A stretch of DNA of 62,496 nt, filler included, from Methanobacteriota archaeon (GTDB taxonomy: Archaea > JACRDV01): NCBI GenBank assembly GCA_024860865.1. It is 5 parts of 5 records of this genome, joined end to end, with 100 filler letters (N's around TTAATTAATTAA, not from the genome) between each part and the next. Parts side by side here need not be neighbours in the genome. Positions count along the whole stretch, not along the records: positions 9,402 to 30,599 come from JACRDV010000096.1; 4 more parts are not named here. One strand, written 5' to 3'. Each line of letters starts with the position of its first letter. Position 1 is the first letter of the stretch. Of the stretch, positions 9,302 to 19,327 are shown in pieces. A program made the translations under genes and the position numbers. The notes beneath the pieces were generated by a model. The model was not told the DNA's origin. It saw nothing but the letters and a program-made list of their open reading frames with translations, and ran no database searches.

Positions 9302-9401
9302 NNNNNNNNNNNNNNNNNNNNNNNNNNNNNNNNNNNNNNNNNNNNTTAATTAATTAANNNNNNNNNNNNNNNNNNNNNNNNNNNNNNNNNNNNNNNNNNN
9401 N
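9302..9401. other. Artificial contig linker
   Basis: N44-TTAATTAATTAA-N44. Confidence 0.98.
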
Positions 9402-10230
9402 TGAAAGGTCCAGTTAATAATAGATATTCTTGGGCGAACTTTGAAGGATTAATAATTGCTGTAATTACCTTCCAAGAAGTAAACAATAGACCTAAGGCAA
9501 TTAAGAAACCAAAAACTTTACCCAATTCAAACATCAGATTTTTTAATTCTAAACTCATTTCTCTTTTCGATACAGCATAAGTTAAAATTGTGACCAAAAT
9601 CAACCAAGCTGATCCAGAAATGAGGGCAGTCAAAATAAAGTACAATGGCATATGTGCTCCATACCATAGTGCCCTCTCAACGTTGCCAAATACAGCTCCA
9701 AGAGTGCTGTGGGCTGCGATAGCTGAGATAACACCTGCTAACCCAAAAATCATTACCCATCTCATGTCCCTTTTAAAAGAAGCCTCTGATTCATCAGTGC
9801 TACCGAGTGCTAACAACCTGTAAAATGATACCTTTAATCCTGAAGTTGTTTTGGCCAATCTTACTATATCCAGTCTGCTCAAGAACCATAGTTCGATTAT
9901 TAAGAAAACAAAATAAAATGCATAAAAGAAACCCATCCACCACATTGCAGACGATAGATTAGCAGTGAGAATATAATAGATAGGGAGTCTCTCCATACGC
10001 CCTAGATGTATTAGAATTGCAATCCATCCTGAAACGAGTGTGACTATAGCAAGGAAGACTCCTCTTCTACCAATGACTTCGTATCTTTTAACACCAAAGA
10101 CGTGCCCAACTGAAGTGATCATACACATGCCAGTACTTGAAACCACAAAAAAGACATAAGTTGATACGAGGATATCCCAAGATACTTTTACTTGTGGCAA
10201 TTGCGTCAATTGTAATGTATCGATAAGCAT
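9402..10230 (-). CDS. NrfD/PsrC-family membrane subunit (HybB-like), 3' truncated
   Basis: WDILVSTYVFFV, HLGRMER, SSAMWWMG, AAHSTLGAVFG; multiple TM helices. Confidence 0.85.
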
Positions 10231-10257
10231 CGCTCATTCCCTCTCATTATTTTTTAA

Positions 10258-11082
10258 TTATGTTTTTGCTTCAATTCTTTTTTCTCTCCAATAGAGAGCA
10301 CCCTTTATCAAGCCAATTCCAATCATCGACACTATTCCTAATAGCGGAGAAGGAACAACTGGGTAAATTTTTCCTATATCTGGTATTAACCCAGCTTTAA
10401 CTGGATCAACAGGTAAAACATAAATGACATTTAGTCCACCCCGTTCCTCAAGGCCATAAATGTATGAACCAGGGTTCCTAGCAGCTATATCTTCAGCCAT
10501 TTTTACTATTTCATCTCTCTTTTTGAAATGTAATGCATTCCAAGGGCACTGCTGAACACAAGCAGGTTCTAAACCTTTTTCAACTAAGTCATAACAACCA
10601 GAACATTTTCTCGTAACGTTATGTACAGGATCAAATTGAGGCACTTCATATGGACAAGCTACAACACAATATTGACATCCTATGCATATACTGGGATCAA
10701 TATAGACTAAATCAGTTTTTTCGCTTTTTGTAGCAGCACCAACAGGGCAAACCTCTACGCATTTCGGTTCATGACAATGCATGCATGAATAGCGCATTCG
10801 GATTTGTTCGCCGTCATGTGCACCTGTGGAAACATATAGCCAAGTTATAGGCGACAAAAAAGTTTCGAAATCATGTGGAAGTTCATTGCGCTCTTTACAT
10901 CCAAATTGACAAAGTTCACACCCTGTGCATGCAAACCCATCAAAAAGGATAGCATAACGCTCGCTACTAAATGGTTCGGCAGAAATTTCTTTTAAGCTAC
11001 TTGCCATTATAGCTCCAGTTGCAACGCTTGCAATTGATACTTTGATGAACTTGCGCCTAGAAATTTTTATCCTGTTTGGCAT
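10258..11082 (-). CDS. Tat-exported 4Fe-4S dicluster subunit (HybA/NrfC-like)
   Basis: SRRKFIK Tat motif; CTGCELC, CMHC..C..CP, CIGCQYC..CP, CSGC..C..CP; C-terminal TM helix. Confidence 0.9.
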   Translation of the reverse strand: MPNRIKISRRKFIKVSIASVATGAIMASSLKEISAEPFSSERYAILFDGFACTGCELCQFGCKERNELPHDFETFLSPITWLYVSTGAHDGEQIRMRYSCMHCHEPKCVEVCPVGAATKSEKTDLVYIDPSICIGCQYCVVACPYEVPQFDPVHNVTRKCSGCYDLVEKGLEPACVQQCPWNALHFKKRDEIVKMAEDIAARNPGSYIYGLEERGGLNVIYVLPVDPVKAGLIPDIGKIYPVVPSPLLGIVSMIGIGLIKGALYWREKRIEAKT

Positions 11083-11609
11083 CGGGCCTCCTCCTTTGCC
11101 ATCTCAATAAGTTTAGGCAAGTTCTTTTGGACTGGAAGTGAGAGCTCAATACCCGCCTCCAGTTTAAAAGGCTCGACGCCTAACACTACAATTTTTTGCG
11201 GAAGACGGTATATGTCCTTCGCTGAGAGAATTGCATCAGCAAAAGTTAGCTCATGTAAGCTGAGCGATATATCAAAACCAGGTTTAAAATCTTGTATATT
11301 GAATACAAAACGATGAAGAGCGCCGGGTTCTTTGCCTCCTCTATAAGCATCAATAATTATTGCTTTTTTTCGTTCATTTAAACATTCAAGAAGATCAAAG
11401 ACCCTTGTCCCAACCTCAAAGATATCCACTTTGCTATTAATAGAAGAGTCTTTCATTAACTCATAAGCAACTTGAACTCCTGCGCCATCATCAGACATTG
11501 TTAAGTTTCCGATACCTATTATCACAACAGGTTTTCGAGGTTTATTGTAATCAAACAAATTTTTGCTTGCACTTAACCTCTCAATATCTTGTAGTGTAGA
11601 ACTATCCAA
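11067..11609 (-). CDS. Hydrogenase maturation protease (HyaD/HycI family)
   Basis: IIGIGNLTMSDDGAG, IIIDA, SLHE, LGVEP motifs. Confidence 0.9.
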   Translation of the reverse strand: MDSSTLQDIERLSASKNLFDYNKPRKPVVIIGIGNLTMSDDGAGVQVAYELMKDSSINSKVDIFEVGTRVFDLLECLNERKKAIIIDAYRGGKEPGALHRFVFNIQDFKPGFDISLSLHELTFADAILSAKDIYRLPQKIVVLGVEPFKLEAGIELSLPVQKNLPKLIEMAKEEARCQTG

Positions 11610-11628
11610 TTGATTACCTCAAATTTTT

Positions 11629-13236
11629 TCACCTAATTTGTATCTGGTACCTTTTCTTGTTATCAGCATCGAAAACATGTACTGTACATGCAAGGCATGG
11701 ATCGAAACTTCTAACAGTTCTTCCTATGTTGGTAAGTATCGGGTTCCCTTTAGCATCATTAGGAACTGGCACACCAATTAGTGCTGACTCTATTGGCCCT
11801 TTTTGGTCTAAATGATCTCTTGGAGCAGCATTCCACGAAGTGGCAGCAATGATGTTGTACAAAGAAATTTTTTTGTCCTTGACAGTAACCCAGTGGCCAA
11901 GAGCTCCACGCGGAGCCTCCCAAAGACCAACGCCTTTGTAAGTTCCATCCTTCATTATGTTTGGAGATTTAGGAAGTGCTGTTGGAAGACTTGGATCCAA
12001 CTCTCCTATCCATCGCAATAAAACGCCTTCAACTCCAAAGGACGGTGCACCAATAAACCATAGTGTTTCTTGGACTCTTGCCATAAAACGGCTGAGAGTA
12101 TTTGCAGCAGTATCAGAAGGTTTCCCATTTTCATCGACCCTTAAGTCAAATGGATTTTTGTACATTTTTCTATTAATTACCAACCTTGCCAGTGGACCTA
12201 CTTCAAGTGGGACCCAATTTTCCGCCAAATTATACCGCACGCCTTTAGCCCAGGAATATTTCGGATACTCGGGTGTAGGAATCGGACTGTTCAAGCCAAT
12301 TGACTTGACATTTGGATGCGGTGTTGCTTCCTCACCTATATAAACAGCAGTTTTTTCATTCCCCATGTCCGGATTATACCATGAACGCGCTATCGTTTCG
12401 CCAACATTTTTCTGATCAACCAAGTAATCGGAGCCAGCATGATATACTCCACCAGGCACAATTAGTTTGCCTGTCTCTCCAAGTGCATCCAACCATCCAT
12501 AGGCAATAAAGTTGTTTAGTCCTTTACCGAAGGTATTCGCACCAACATATTTTATCATAATCTCTTCAAGATTTGCTACAGCAGGCACTAGTGTTGAATC
12601 AACCCATTGCTGAACGCTTAGAACTCGAGTCATAATTTGCCCGGCTAGTTTGACAGTTATCGCTTGTCCTACCCCTCCTGGTGCCCAAGTATGATCGAAA
12701 ACAGCTCTCCCACCCAATAAAGCAAGACAAGTCATCATGGTGCGCTGATGGAATACCGCTTCTTTGTAGATTTTACCGGTTAAAAAGTTAAATGCCTTCA
12801 CCGTCTCGATGTATTTTGAGGGCCAACCTGACATATCCACGCCATCATTTCTTAATACGTCATAGCTATAGTCTGGTCCCGCTAATGCCACCACATGCAA
12901 CGCATGATCATAAACTATCTCTATCGCTGCCTGAAGGTTCCTCAGCATTATGGCACCTTTAGGGATTTCATTAGTGATTCCAAAGGCATTTTCTATAGCA
13001 CGCGTAGATGCAGTTCGGTGAACGTTATGACAGACACCGCAAACTCTAGCAGTTATTACGGGCGCATCCCTTGGATCTCGACCAAGAAGAATTTGTTCAA
13101 CGCCGCGGTACATCATTGCTGTGGACCAAGCATCTGTGACTTTACCATCTTCAACTTTAACATTAATCGCTAGTGCTCCTTCAATCCTAGTCATCGGATC
13201 TATCGTGATGATCTGAGGGCTAGCCATATCCATCAC
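11629..13236 (-). CDS. [NiFe]-hydrogenase large subunit (group 1 type)
   Basis: DPMTRIEG, L1 RVCGVC, EAPRGALGHW, L2 SFDPCLACTVH with a cleavable C-terminal tail. Confidence 0.95.
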   Translation of the reverse strand: MMDMASPQIITIDPMTRIEGALAINVKVEDGKVTDAWSTAMMYRGVEQILLGRDPRDAPVITARVCGVCHNVHRTASTRAIENAFGITNEIPKGAIMLRNLQAAIEIVYDHALHVVALAGPDYSYDVLRNDGVDMSGWPSKYIETVKAFNFLTGKIYKEAVFHQRTMMTCLALLGGRAVFDHTWAPGGVGQAITVKLAGQIMTRVLSVQQWVDSTLVPAVANLEEIMIKYVGANTFGKGLNNFIAYGWLDALGETGKLIVPGGVYHAGSDYLVDQKNVGETIARSWYNPDMGNEKTAVYIGEEATPHPNVKSIGLNSPIPTPEYPKYSWAKGVRYNLAENWVPLEVGPLARLVINRKMYKNPFDLRVDENGKPSDTAANTLSRFMARVQETLWFIGAPSFGVEGVLLRWIGELDPSLPTALPKSPNIMKDGTYKGVGLWEAPRGALGHWVTVKDKKISLYNIIAATSWNAAPRDHLDQKGPIESALIGVPVPNDAKGNPILTNIGRTVRSFDPCLACTVHVFDADNKKRYQIQIR

Positions 13237-14501
13237 TCCTTTTTACTCCCAACTTTTTCTTCCTCCTCGACTTTTTTTCGCCGCGTTGCATAAGCATAAA
13301 GCGCATATAAAGCAGTAGCCGCTGCAACGGAGCCCAAAAATATTCCGGAAGATTTTGTTCTAGTTATAAGTGGGGGAGTGGGTAACAGAGGTGGTTTAGG
13401 CAAGATCGCTATTCTCTCAGATAACGGAACATAGAAATCTCTAGTTGGACTATCTGGGTAATTTGGATTTGCGCAACCTTCACAAGGTACGCCTGACTGG
13501 TTAAACCAGCTAACCCCTTCTGCTTGAGAATTCCATTTACGAGTTGGGCAATCATTGAATGTAACTGGACCCTTACAGCCTAGCAAAAGAAAGCAACCAG
13601 CGCCTTTCTCACCAGGCTTAGTTGGGAAAGGATCATTCAGATTGCCGCTGTACTGGTCAAAACTAGTTAAGAATTCTCCTCTATCAAAGAAACCACGGTA
13701 TTGGCATTGATCATGAATTAATCTCCCATAGAAAGCCTTTGGTCTTCCAAGCTCATCGAGTTCTGGTATGTTACCATAAATCAAATCAACCACTGTTAAA
13801 AAGAAGTGGTCAGGATGGACTGGACAACTTGGTAAATTCACAACGGCTGGGACTACTTTCTTGCTCACATCGACACCGAGCTGTTTTAAAGCATCTGCAA
13901 TACCTAATGCACCAGTTGGATTTGTATTCTCTGGAAGTCCATAAATTGGAGACACTGATCTATATCCATAAATTTGAGCTGAACCCCTTGGTATCCCTCC
14001 AAAAGCTGCAGCCGTGCCAACTGCAACTATAGCATCCGCAGCACCTGCAGCCTGCTTCAGAAGGTCTGTGAATGGACGCCGTTTATTTTCTCTGTAATCC
14101 CAGTAAGTTTCAAAAAGGCCGTTCTCAGCCATTGGAACTGATCCTTCAACAACGAGCACTTTAGGATGAAGTGGTCCTTCTATGAAATTGTCGATCTTCT
14201 CAGCTGCATTTTTGCCCATCTCGACAGTGATGGGGATTAGAAAATCAAGTTGGGTACCCAATTGAACAGCTGCATAGAGGTCAGGATTTGCTCCCTGCAG
14301 TAATGAAACTGCACATCCCTCGCAAGCTTGCCCGTCTAAAATTATAACTTGATTCCTAGCGAAAGCCTGTTTTAAAGCCCTAGCTATTTCAACTGAGTAA
14401 TTTGATAGAACTGTTGATGCACCAACAAGTGCAGCTAATTTTAAGAATTCTCGCCTAGTAACTCTCCATTCAGGTTTTAAAAGTGTTGGAAAGTTTACCA
14501 T
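13233..14501 (-). CDS. [NiFe]-hydrogenase small subunit with Tat signal and C-terminal TM anchor
   Basis: TRREFLK; CEGC, SCP, HDQC, GC..LGCKGP, NDCP, PCEGC. Confidence 0.92.
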   Translation of the reverse strand: MVNFPTLLKPEWRVTRREFLKLAALVGASTVLSNYSVEIARALKQAFARNQVIILDGQACEGCAVSLLQGANPDLYAAVQLGTQLDFLIPITVEMGKNAAEKIDNFIEGPLHPKVLVVEGSVPMAENGLFETYWDYRENKRRPFTDLLKQAAGAADAIVAVGTAAAFGGIPRGSAQIYGYRSVSPIYGLPENTNPTGALGIADALKQLGVDVSKKVVPAVVNLPSCPVHPDHFFLTVVDLIYGNIPELDELGRPKAFYGRLIHDQCQYRGFFDRGEFLTSFDQYSGNLNDPFPTKPGEKGAGCFLLLGCKGPVTFNDCPTRKWNSQAEGVSWFNQSGVPCEGCANPNYPDSPTRDFYVPLSERIAILPKPPLLPTPPLITRTKSSGIFLGSVAAATALYALYAYATRRKKVEEEEKVGSKKE

Positions 14502-14741
14502 ACTTTTTAACCTCCAAAATCTTTCGTTAATAAAAAGATCATTTCGGATTTATGTGTCGTAACCCTTAGTTCTGCAAAATTAAATTGAAAACAAAAAGAA
14601 CCACAGCAATAACTTTGAGCGCCTAAAAATTTAGAGAAATCTCGGCTAGAGAGCATAGAACTCTCTTTATTGCTCATGATTTCCTCTATTTAAATTCAAT
14701 ATGCATCCAAAAAAACAAAAGTCTGTTTATTACATAGAGAA

Positions 14742-14765
14742 TAAGTTATATAAAGTTATATAAAA
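14742..14765. promoter_or_regulatory. Tandem TATA-like repeat in the divergent hydrogenase/hypA intergenic region
   Basis: aagttatata occurs twice in tandem. Confidence 0.35.
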
Positions 14766-14847
14766 ATGTCTTTTTTTGATTATAATAAAAATCTTAATAT
14801 AAAATTCTAAATAATTTTTTATCAATAATTTTTTTAGTTGGATTAGG

Positions 14848-15225
14848 ATGCATGAGTATTCGATAACTTCACAAATAGTGGAAAATGTTCTTCAGGAAGC
14901 AAAAAAACATGATGCTAAGAAAATTTTTGAAGTACACTTAGTTATAGGCAAATTTACATTTCTTGGCATAGAGCAAGTTAGATTTTCGTATGAAATCTTA
15001 GTAAAAGGTACGATAATGGAGGGCTCAAAGCTCTACATCGAAGAAAGAAATGGCGTAGTGAAATGTGCTGGTTGTGGTTATGAAGGTACAATCATGTACG
15101 AGGATGACCCAAAATATCACATTTTGTTTCCAACGCTTTATTGCCCTAAATGCAGGAGCAAAGTTGACTTGATTGAAGGGAAAGAATGCATAATAAAAAG
15201 TGTCAAGTTAATGCGTGATAAATAA
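14848..15225 (+). CDS. hypA: Hydrogenase nickel metallochaperone
   Basis: MHEYSI N terminus; two CxxC motifs. Confidence 0.93.
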   Translation: MHEYSITSQIVENVLQEAKKHDAKKIFEVHLVIGKFTFLGIEQVRFSYEILVKGTIMEGSKLYIEERNGVVKCAGCGYEGTIMYEDDPKYHILFPTLYCPKCRSKVDLIEGKECIIKSVKLMRDK

Positions 15226-15227
15226 TT

Positions 15228-16316
15228 ATGTTTAGATACAGAAACAAAGAAGTTGCTCAAAAAATTGTTAAACGATTAAAAGAAATGAACCTCAATATTC
15301 GAATTATGCACGTATGTGGTACACATCAAGACACTCTTGTTCGCTACGGGTTAGATACCTTGTTTAGAGAATGCGGCGTTGAAATGAGACAAGGACCTGG
15401 TTGCCCCATCTGCGTCACTACGCCCAAAGAGTACGAAGAAGCAATTACCTTGGCTAGAGAAGGGAAAGTCGTTGCTACTTTTGGAGATGCTATTCGGGTT
15501 CCGGGAATAACGAAATCTTTAGCAGATATGCGCACAGAAGGCAATGATATAAGGGTTGTTTACAGCATTGAAGATGCGGTGAATAGCGCGAAAGAAACTC
15601 AAAATGACGTAATTTTTCTGGCAATTGGATTTGAAACAACTGCACCCAGCACAGCTGCTACACTATTAAGTGATTTGCCGAATAATTTCTCTATCCTTAC
15701 TTGCCATCGTTACGTTCCGCCTGCACTAAAGGCATTAATGGAGATGGGTGAACTTAAGTTGCATGGACTTATCGATCCAGGCCATGTGAGCACAGTCATC
15801 GGCATGAAGCCATATGAAGAAATTTCTAAAAAATATCACGTTCCACAAGTTATAGCTGGATTTGAACCTTTAGATATGTTAATGGGAGTATACATGCTTG
15901 CTCGTCAAATTAAAAATGGTGAAGCTAAAGTAGAAAATGAATACACACGATCTGTTCGATATGAAGGCAATGCCAAAGCGATTCAAGTTATGAATGAGGT
16001 CTTTGAACCATTTGATTTAGTTTGGCGTGGATTTTCGATAATTCCAAATTCTGGCATGAAATTAAAACGAAGATTTGAAGAATATAATGCGAAAAAAATT
16101 TATGAAGATGAACTTAAGAGCGTTGAAGAAATTAAATTTGAAAAGCCAAAGGGATGCAGATGCGATGAGATTTTAAGGGGATTAGTTGAATCGAAGGATT
16201 GCCCGCTATTTGGTCGAGCATGTACTCCACAGCATCCTGTTGGACCCTGCATGGTTTCTGTAGAAGGCTCTTGCAATATCGAGTATAAGTATGGAACAAA
16301 AAAAATCCAAACTTAA
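15228..16316 (+). CDS. hypD: Hydrogenase maturation factor HypD
   Basis: MHVCGTH, GPGCPIC, GFETT, PGHVS, GPCMVSVEGSC. Confidence 0.95.
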   Translation: MFRYRNKEVAQKIVKRLKEMNLNIRIMHVCGTHQDTLVRYGLDTLFRECGVEMRQGPGCPICVTTPKEYEEAITLAREGKVVATFGDAIRVPGITKSLADMRTEGNDIRVVYSIEDAVNSAKETQNDVIFLAIGFETTAPSTAATLLSDLPNNFSILTCHRYVPPALKALMEMGELKLHGLIDPGHVSTVIGMKPYEEISKKYHVPQVIAGFEPLDMLMGVYMLARQIKNGEAKVENEYTRSVRYEGNAKAIQVMNEVFEPFDLVWRGFSIIPNSGMKLKRRFEEYNAKKIYEDELKSVEEIKFEKPKGCRCDEILRGLVESKDCPLFGRACTPQHPVGPCMVSVEGSCNIEYKYGTKKIQT

Positions 16317-16320
16317 GCAT

Positions 16321-17385
16321 TTAGCAAATTCTTGGAACCGGATCTCCCGCTGGAGGTGCAAGAATCCTCTTGCCTCCAACACTTGTCTCAAGTACAACTT
16401 CTTTAAATTTTTTAGTCGCTTCTCCTATTATTTGAGCATCTTTGCCTTCTTTAGTCTCTTTTAAGACAGCTAATACTTCTTCAGCCTTTGGGGGTACAAC
16501 TGCTATCACAACTTTTCCCTCATTTCCGATTTCTAGCGGGTCTATGCCCAACATTTCACAAGCAGCTCTAACGCCTCCGTGGATTGGAATGTTATCTTCC
16601 TGCACCAATATCCCAATATTTGACTTTTCGCTCCATTCATTAAGCGTATTTGCTAAGCCACCTCTAGTTGGATCTTTCATTGCTACAACACCACCTACAT
16701 CCAAAAGTTGTGCAATCAATTTGTTCAATGGGGCCACATCAGAAGTAATTTCACTTTCAAAACCGTAACCTTCACGGAATGATAATATAGCTATTCCATG
16801 ATCTCCCACTGCTCCAGAAACGATTATTTTATCTCCTTCTTTCAAATTTGAATCGAGAAGCCAACGTGAATTAAATTCTCGGTACTTCTTCACTTCTGTA
16901 ATATTTTTTTCTAATGCATTATTTCGCTTGCCAATTCCAGAAGTGTTTATAAAAAATTTTTCTAAAGCTCCTTTTTCAACTACTTTCGTGTCACCAGTAA
17001 TGATGTGTATACCAGCTTCTCTACAAGTTTCACTCATACTTTTTAAAATTTTTTCAAAATCGGTCACTGGAAAACCTTCTTCAAAAATAAACCCTGCAGA
17101 AAGTGCTATTGGCTCAGCACCCATCACAGCTATATCGTTAATCGTGCCCGCAACAGCTAATCTTCCGATATCTCCGCCTGGAAAAAATAGAGGTTTCACT
17201 GTATGGGAATCAGATTTTAAAACTATGTCATCAATTACAGCCGCATCATCAAGCGCTTCAAGCGGAACTTCAGCATCACTTCCGCCTAAATACTTTAGTA
17301 TGTATCTCTTGATCAGCTCTTGCATGATTGTTCCGCCAGCACCATGCGCAAGAGTAATGCGCTTCAATGTTTCATCGTTTTTCAT
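16321..17385 (-). CDS. hypE: Hydrogenase maturation factor HypE
   Basis: HGAGG, FFPGGDIG, GDTKVV, DPTRGG, C-terminal PRIC. Confidence 0.95.
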   Translation of the reverse strand: MKNDETLKRITLAHGAGGTIMQELIKRYILKYLGGSDAEVPLEALDDAAVIDDIVLKSDSHTVKPLFFPGGDIGRLAVAGTINDIAVMGAEPIALSAGFIFEEGFPVTDFEKILKSMSETCREAGIHIITGDTKVVEKGALEKFFINTSGIGKRNNALEKNITEVKKYREFNSRWLLDSNLKEGDKIIVSGAVGDHGIAILSFREGYGFESEITSDVAPLNKLIAQLLDVGGVVAMKDPTRGGLANTLNEWSEKSNIGILVQEDNIPIHGGVRAACEMLGIDPLEIGNEGKVVIAVVPPKAEEVLAVLKETKEGKDAQIIGEATKKFKEVVLETSVGGKRILAPPAGDPVPRIC

Positions 17386-17547
17386 GATAACACTTTATTG
17401 TATAAGATATTATTAAATTTGATTAACAGTTTTACAATAGAAATATTAAATAAAAATTAATCCTATGTTTAATTTATCTTTAGGTCTTTAACTTATCTTA
17501 AAAACTGAACTGCTTTGAAACATCCAAAAATAACGAACAATTCTTCT

Positions 17548-18105
17548 TTATTTAATAAGTTTGAGTTCTTTCAGTTTTTCAGCGAGTTTAGCAACAGCAA
17601 TTTCTGCATCTTTTGGATGCTTTGCCCCTGTACAGACAAGTTTGCCTGTGCTAAATATCAGAATTACAACCTTTGGCTCCTTTAACCTGTAAACTAAACC
17701 AGGAAACTGCTCAGGTTCATATTCAACATTTTCTAAACCAAGGCCAACAGCAACTGTGTTAAGGTCGAGCTCAGCTTCAAGCTCAGACGAGGAAACTATA
17801 TTTTGCACTTGAATGTTTATTACATCGACATTAAGTCCACCAATCCTCAAATTCTCAATGATTTGAGCAATTGATTTATTAACATCATCAATGACTTTCG
17901 CTCCAGTGCAAACTATCTTACCTGAGCTGAAAATCAGTGCTGCAGTTTTCGGCTCACTCAAACGATAAACTAAGCCTGGGAACTGTTCGGGCTCATATTC
18001 AATATTCTTAAGTGCCTCAGCAACTTTTTCAAGTTCAAGTCTCTTATTTAGCGTTACAGATGCGACTATATTTTCAACTTTGATTTTATGCTCAATTTTT
18101 TCCAA
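17548..18105 (-). CDS. tbp: TATA-box-binding protein
   Basis: Two repeats of NIV..; YEPEQFPGLVYRL..PK...LIFS.GK.VCTGAK. Confidence 0.97.
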   Translation of the reverse strand: MEKIEHKIKVENIVASVTLNKRLELEKVAEALKNIEYEPEQFPGLVYRLSEPKTAALIFSSGKIVCTGAKVIDDVNKSIAQIIENLRIGGLNVDVINIQVQNIVSSSELEAELDLNTVAVGLGLENVEYEPEQFPGLVYRLKEPKVVILIFSTGKLVCTGAKHPKDAEIAVAKLAEKLKELKLIK

Positions 18106-18239
18106 AAAAACTATCCCGCATGAAACTTTCTATTATGCCATGAATAACTAGATAACCTCCATTTTTAACTTTCGCAAAAATTGCTTCTTTTAGTGTTGCC
18201 ATGGTTAATCTATTTTCTCAATTTATGTTACATGGCGGA

Positions 18240-18428
18240 ACGCTATGCAATAGCAACTTTACTTACGAGAAATACAAAGATATAAAGAAGCCTGTGCTTC
18301 TATCCTGCGGCAGAAAGCCAAACCCCATAACTCAGGAAGAGGTTGAGCTGATTATGTCAGTTAGAAAAGAGCATCCCGCCTTGCGGCTTCTAAGGCAGCT
18401 CTTGCCTAAAGGACTGAAACATCCCTAA
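18240..18428 (+). pseudogene. Probable transposase (IS481-like) remnant
   Basis: YEKYKDIKKPVLLSCGRKPNPITQEEVELIMSVRKEHP resembles the HTH region of archaeal IS481-type transposases. No catalytic domain follows. Confidence 0.4.
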
Positions 18429-18604
18429 CATCTAAGATACGAGAGCGTACCAATCTTTTATCCGGCACAAAAAGCAACTTGTTTTAGAGCAAAAGCCACT
18501 TTTTTATTTCATTGATTTTCCTTAGCTCGGTCGGCCTTTCTATAATAATGGTAAGTATAATATAAGTTATACTTTTGAAAGCTTACTGTCGGCTGACGAT
18601 TGCA

Positions 18605-18732
18605 ACTAACTAACGTTTCGAGCGTATCTGAAGTTCCGAGCGAAGCGAGGGATTTTGATGAGCGACCAAAGGGAGCGAACCGCATACCTTGTCCGACCCA
18701 TAGTGGCGAGCGGACGCGGTGAGCGAAGAGTT
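18605..18732 (+). repeat. GC-rich imperfect palindromic element (attC-like or REP/MITE-like, degenerate)
   Basis: ctaacgtttcgagcgtatctgaagttccgagcgaagcgaggga... with gagcg(a) repeated several times in an otherwise AT-rich intergenic region. Confidence 0.4.
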
Positions 18733-19327
18733 GACAAACTGCCTCATCATCCTTTTGTTCACGTTCACAGAAATTTTGGAATTTAGAACGCCATAGAATC
18801 TTAAAAGCGTTTTATACGAACCCTCCCAGTCCCATCACGCGTATAACATACCATCTCATATCCTCTTGGGTATCACATCTACTTTCTCAAAAAATTGTTG
18901 TGATGGTTTGCATATCTCAGCATTTGTTATTTTAGTCAACCGCCCATCGGGAGAAACATAAAATAAATTGTAAGCATTTACGAAGCCAACATAGAGAAAA
19001 ATTAGCAATAGCAATGCTAGATAGAAGAATATTTTTGTAGTATCATTGATACAAAGTATCTTAAAATTTTGACTTTATTTTTAAGATCCGATTTGAACTT
19101 TAGCCGAAAGTGCTTTTAAGAATACCCTTAATGAAATCGATGATCTTAGTACTTCATGCAAAGTTGTTAGAGAAGCGGAGATACCCGTATTCTTGTCAAA
19201 AAGAGAGAGCTTGTTCTAGTATGAAAATGCTACTTTCACATTTCTCCATAATTTGATAATGTCAGGTGCTAAATGCGGTTTATGGCGTATAATTAACTAT
19301 GTTGGTATAAAAAATCTTAATAGAAGA

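Noticed and set aside
9302-9401. TTAATTAATTAA palindrome flanked by Ns, four occurrences
   Set aside because: Artificial all-frame stop linker between contigs. ORFs running into X stretches and gene adjacency across it are artefacts.
14848-17385. hypA-hypD-hypE without hypB/C/F
   Set aside because: hyp genes are commonly dispersed in archaea, and the assembly is fragmented.
16442-17416. Antisense ORFs over hypE, and the many similar shadow ORFs over cdh, pheT, coaBC and the hydrogenase genes
   Set aside because: They lie opposite well-supported genes and show no recognisable motifs.
18481-18490. GTTTTAGAGC, identical to the start of the type II-A CRISPR repeat
   Set aside because: Single 10-nt match with no repeat-spacer periodicity. 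I found no CRISPR array anywhere in the window.
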